From Thermoproteota archaeon (GTDB lineage: Archaea; Korarchaeota; Korarchaeia; Korarchaeales; Korarchaeaceae): DNA of 24,000 nucleotides. The notes below the pieces were generated by a model. The model had not been told where the DNA came from, made no database searches, and saw only the letters and a list, made by a program, of their open reading frames with translations. Shown here one piece after another: positions 22,074-24,000 of this stretch (positions are counted from its first letter, which is position 1; every line of letters begins with the position of its first letter). A program made the position numbers and the translations under genes. The stretch covers positions 1 through 24,000 of the forward strand of contig JAMOVA010000017.1 in NCBI GenBank assembly GCA_027061785.1. The letters are read 5' to 3'.

Positions 22074-23069
22074 ATGGAGGGAAAAGCTGGGAGATCCTTA
22101 CTGAAGGAAATAACGAAGTATGTCGGAAGGCTCGGCAGGAACATAGCTGTTCCTCCGCATCCCAGCATAGATGCCGGGGCGGAGAGGCTGATGGGTCTGA
22201 CGAGGGTGTACGCCACCGATCCGGCCTTGGGAATGCCCGAAGAAGATCTCGGCTACTTCGCTTTCCACTTCTCCGCGTCGGATGTGGCGGTCCTAGGGGC
22301 CGAGCCCAAGCTGATGACCAGCACTATACTCCTGCCGGCAGACGCCAGCGACGATCTAGCTCTGAGGATAGCTAAGGGGATAGACTGGGAGGCTTACAGG
22401 TACGGCGTGACCGTGATAACCGGACATACAGGTAGGTACGAGTCGGTGAAGGAGCCAGTCGTTGTCACAACGGTGATCGGGGAGGTCAGAGAGCCGGTGA
22501 CTCCAAAGCTAGCTAGGGTCGGAGATAGACTCCTCCTGGTGGGCATACCTGGAGCCGAGTTACTGTACGGCGTTGCCCACTTCAATCCCACGCTCCTAGA
22601 GGAGAGGTTCGGCAAGAGGACCGCAGAGAGATGGAGAAGGGCTAGGTGGATGTTAACGGCCGTGGATTCGGCTAGGGATCTCGTTCTATTCTCAAGAGTA
22701 AACGGAATGAAGGATGGAGCGGAGGGCGGACTTGTGAGGCTCCTGAACGACTTTGCAGATGCTGCTGAGCTCGGCTTCACCGTGAATAGGGACCTCATTC
22801 CCTTTCCGCCGGAACTCCTGAGACTGGGTCGAGAGAGGGGGTTCGATCCCATGGCTGCCTCCAGCTCAGGCGTGGTGTTGGCCGCCATCCCGGGCAACCT
22901 ACCCCTGGGTTTCCTCAAGGATCTCATGGAATCCCACGGATTCGTCGTGAGGATAATCGGTGAGCTCAAGAAGGAGGGAAGGGAGCTTGTTACGGAGGGG
23001 GAGATAAGGGAATTTCCAAGTCCGGAGGAGGTGAGGGATCCCTACCCTGATCTCACTCAAGTGAGCTGA
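22074..23069 (+). CDS. AIR synthase-related (PurM/HypE/ThiL superfamily) protein
   Basis: Superfamily-typical layout: N-terminal GKAGRSLLKEI, an Asp-containing strand (DAGAERL...YATDP), HFSASDVAVLGAEP, VTVITGHTG, and GDRLLLVG. The C-terminal HypE motif (PRIC) is absent, so the subfamily is unresolved. ATG 22074 is preferred over 21996. Confidence 0.7.
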   Translation: MEGKAGRSLLKEITKYVGRLGRNIAVPPHPSIDAGAERLMGLTRVYATDPALGMPEEDLGYFAFHFSASDVAVLGAEPKLMTSTILLPADASDDLALRIAKGIDWEAYRYGVTVITGHTGRYESVKEPVVVTTVIGEVREPVTPKLARVGDRLLLVGIPGAELLYGVAHFNPTLLEERFGKRTAERWRRARWMLTAVDSARDLVLFSRVNGMKDGAEGGLVRLLNDFADAAELGFTVNRDLIPFPPELLRLGRERGFDPMAASSSGVVLAAIPGNLPLGFLKDLMESHGFVVRIIGELKKEGRELVTEGEIREFPSPEEVRDPYPDLTQVS

Positions 23070-23922
23070 TCTTCGCCACTACATCCCCGTCTATGGAGTA
23101 GGCGACCGCCATTCTCCTCGAGGTGTGGGCGTACCCTACCCTCCCTTTATGATCCAAGACTATGATGCCGCCCCAACCTCCTGTCCTGTCGGCCATGAAG
23201 GAGAGGGACCTCTGAGCGGCCTCTGTCGGGTGTAGCCCCCTAGCTAGAAAATCCACAGCGAGCTTGGACAGCATCACCCTCATTATGGGCTCCCCCTGTC
23301 CCGTGGAGCTCGCTCCACCTAGCTCGTTGGCGTAGGCCCCACACCCTATGAGTGGGGTGTCCCCCACTCTGCCCGGCCTCTTGAGGGGCACGCCTCCCGT
23401 GGAGGTGGCGGCCGCTATCCTGCCACTAGAGTCCAAGGCGACGGCACCGACCGTCCCTCTCATCCTAGATACTCTTCTCCTCCAAGCTTCACGCTCCCTC
23501 TCCACGATCAGCTCCTCGGGGTCTATCAGTTCGAATCCCAAGTCCAAGGCAACTCTCTCGGCGCCGTCAGAGACGAACATCATCTCCTCCATCTCCTCCA
23601 TTATGGCTCTAGCCAAGGAGACGGGGTTCTTAATGCGCCTGACGGCCGCGACGGAACCGAACCTCAGAGAAGCCCCGTCCACTATTATGGCATCTAGCTC
23701 CACATATCCTTCCATGTTGAGAACGGACCCCACGCCAGCATCGAACGTGGGATCATCCTCCATTATCGCGACCGCTCGCTCAACGGCATCTAAGGCTGAG
23801 TGTCCCTCCTGTAATAATCTGAATCCCTCTCTAGCTGCTCTCTCCACTCCGAGAACGCTGGGTTCCAGAAGGTCAGGGGGTATGTCCCAAGCCCCACCGT
23901 GCACTACTATGACCGGATCCAA
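23053..23922 (-). CDS. isoaspartyl peptidase / plant-type L-asparaginase (Ntn hydrolase, asparaginase-2 family)
   Basis: 289-aa ORF. VIVVHGGAW, the autoprocessing site RG-TVGAVALD, ATSTGG, GRVGDTPLIGCGAYA, and GGIIVLDHKG. The start is TTG at 23922. An A/T box lies 29 nt upstream. Confidence 0.9.
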   Translation of the reverse strand: MDPVIVVHGGAWDIPPDLLEPSVLGVERAAREGFRLLQEGHSALDAVERAVAIMEDDPTFDAGVGSVLNMEGYVELDAIIVDGASLRFGSVAAVRRIKNPVSLARAIMEEMEEMMFVSDGAERVALDLGFELIDPEELIVEREREAWRRRVSRMRGTVGAVALDSSGRIAAATSTGGVPLKRPGRVGDTPLIGCGAYANELGGASSTGQGEPIMRVMLSKLAVDFLARGLHPTEAAQRSLSFMADRTGGWGGIIVLDHKGRVGYAHTSRRMAVAYSIDGDVVAKISSLE

Positions 23923-23950
23923 ATTACCCCCCGATTACCTCCTCCACTTC

Positions 23951-23958
23951 TATATATT
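23951..23958 (-). promoter_or_regulatory. TATA-like box (AATATATA on minus strand) for the asparaginase gene
   Basis: It lies 29 nt upstream of TTG 23922. GGAGGAGGT lies between the box and the start. Confidence 0.35.
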
Positions 23959-24000
23959 CGGGAGGAACCCTCTCTACCAAGAAGGTCAGGTGTGATGGCC

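Noticed and set aside
21996-22216. Apparent 221-nt head-to-head overlap of the pheA ORF (to 22216) and the PurM-like ORF (from 21996)
   Set aside because: It is an artefact of longest-ORF calling. pheA has its canonical N-terminus at ATG 22009, and the PurM-like gene has a better start at ATG 22074. This leaves a 64-bp A/T-containing divergent promoter gap.
23348-23995. 215-aa plus-strand ORF opposite the asparaginase gene
   Set aside because: It has S/T/A/L-rich low-complexity composition that mirrors the G/A/V-rich Ntn-hydrolase gene on the other strand. It has no start context or promoter.
23986-24000. Possible 3' end of another minus-strand gene at the window edge (..G H H T stop)
   Set aside because: Only four codons are visible, which is too little to support a feature.
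1-24000. Looked for CRISPR arrays, tRNA/rRNA genes, IS elements, integrases, long direct or inverted repeats, and att-like duplications
   Set aside because: By eye I saw no spaced repeat array, no cloverleaf-compatible GC-rich segment in any intergenic gap, and no transposase or integrase motif in any ORF. A computational repeat and tRNA scan would be needed to be certain.

Overview
This is a densely coding (about 95%) chromosomal segment from a hyperthermophilic archaeon. The assignment rests on a full-length reverse gyrase, an archaeal-type GluRS, Tsr3, A/T-rich TATA-like boxes 22-37 nt upstream of first-gene start codons, and AGG/AGA/ATA-rich codon usage at roughly 50-55% GC (estimated by eye). 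I cannot place the lineage more precisely. I support 23 protein-coding genes, one of them partial at the 5' edge. I found no rRNA, tRNA, CRISPR array, transposase or integrase.

Most genes are housekeeping. They include three RNA-modification enzymes (RlmI-like, NSUN/RsmF-like, Tsr3), reverse gyrase, GluRS, IMP dehydrogenase, a polyprenyl diphosphate synthase, prephenate dehydratase, a PfpI/DJ-1 protein, an Ntn-type asparaginase and a PurM-like protein.

The only accessory-looking stretch is 16.09-19.65 kb. It holds a translationally coupled HerA-like ATPase and NurA-like nuclease with no mre11/rad50 nearby. These lie tail-to-tail with an unrecognisable 215-aa protein and an orphan ribbon-helix-helix regulator. 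I do not see a clear-cut new system. That cluster is the best candidate, and it may simply be the canonical end-resection pair.

Other points worth a second look:
- an RsmF-like methyltransferase whose C-terminal PUA-like domain sits in a separate ORF in the -1 frame
- a reverse gyrase whose N-terminal zinc finger keeps only 2 of 4 Cys
- a 961-aa surface protein with an unusual cytoplasmic tail
- all six convergent gene pairs abut or overlap at their 3' ends
- a 247-bp non-coding gap

All functional calls come from motif recognition by eye. No database search was run.
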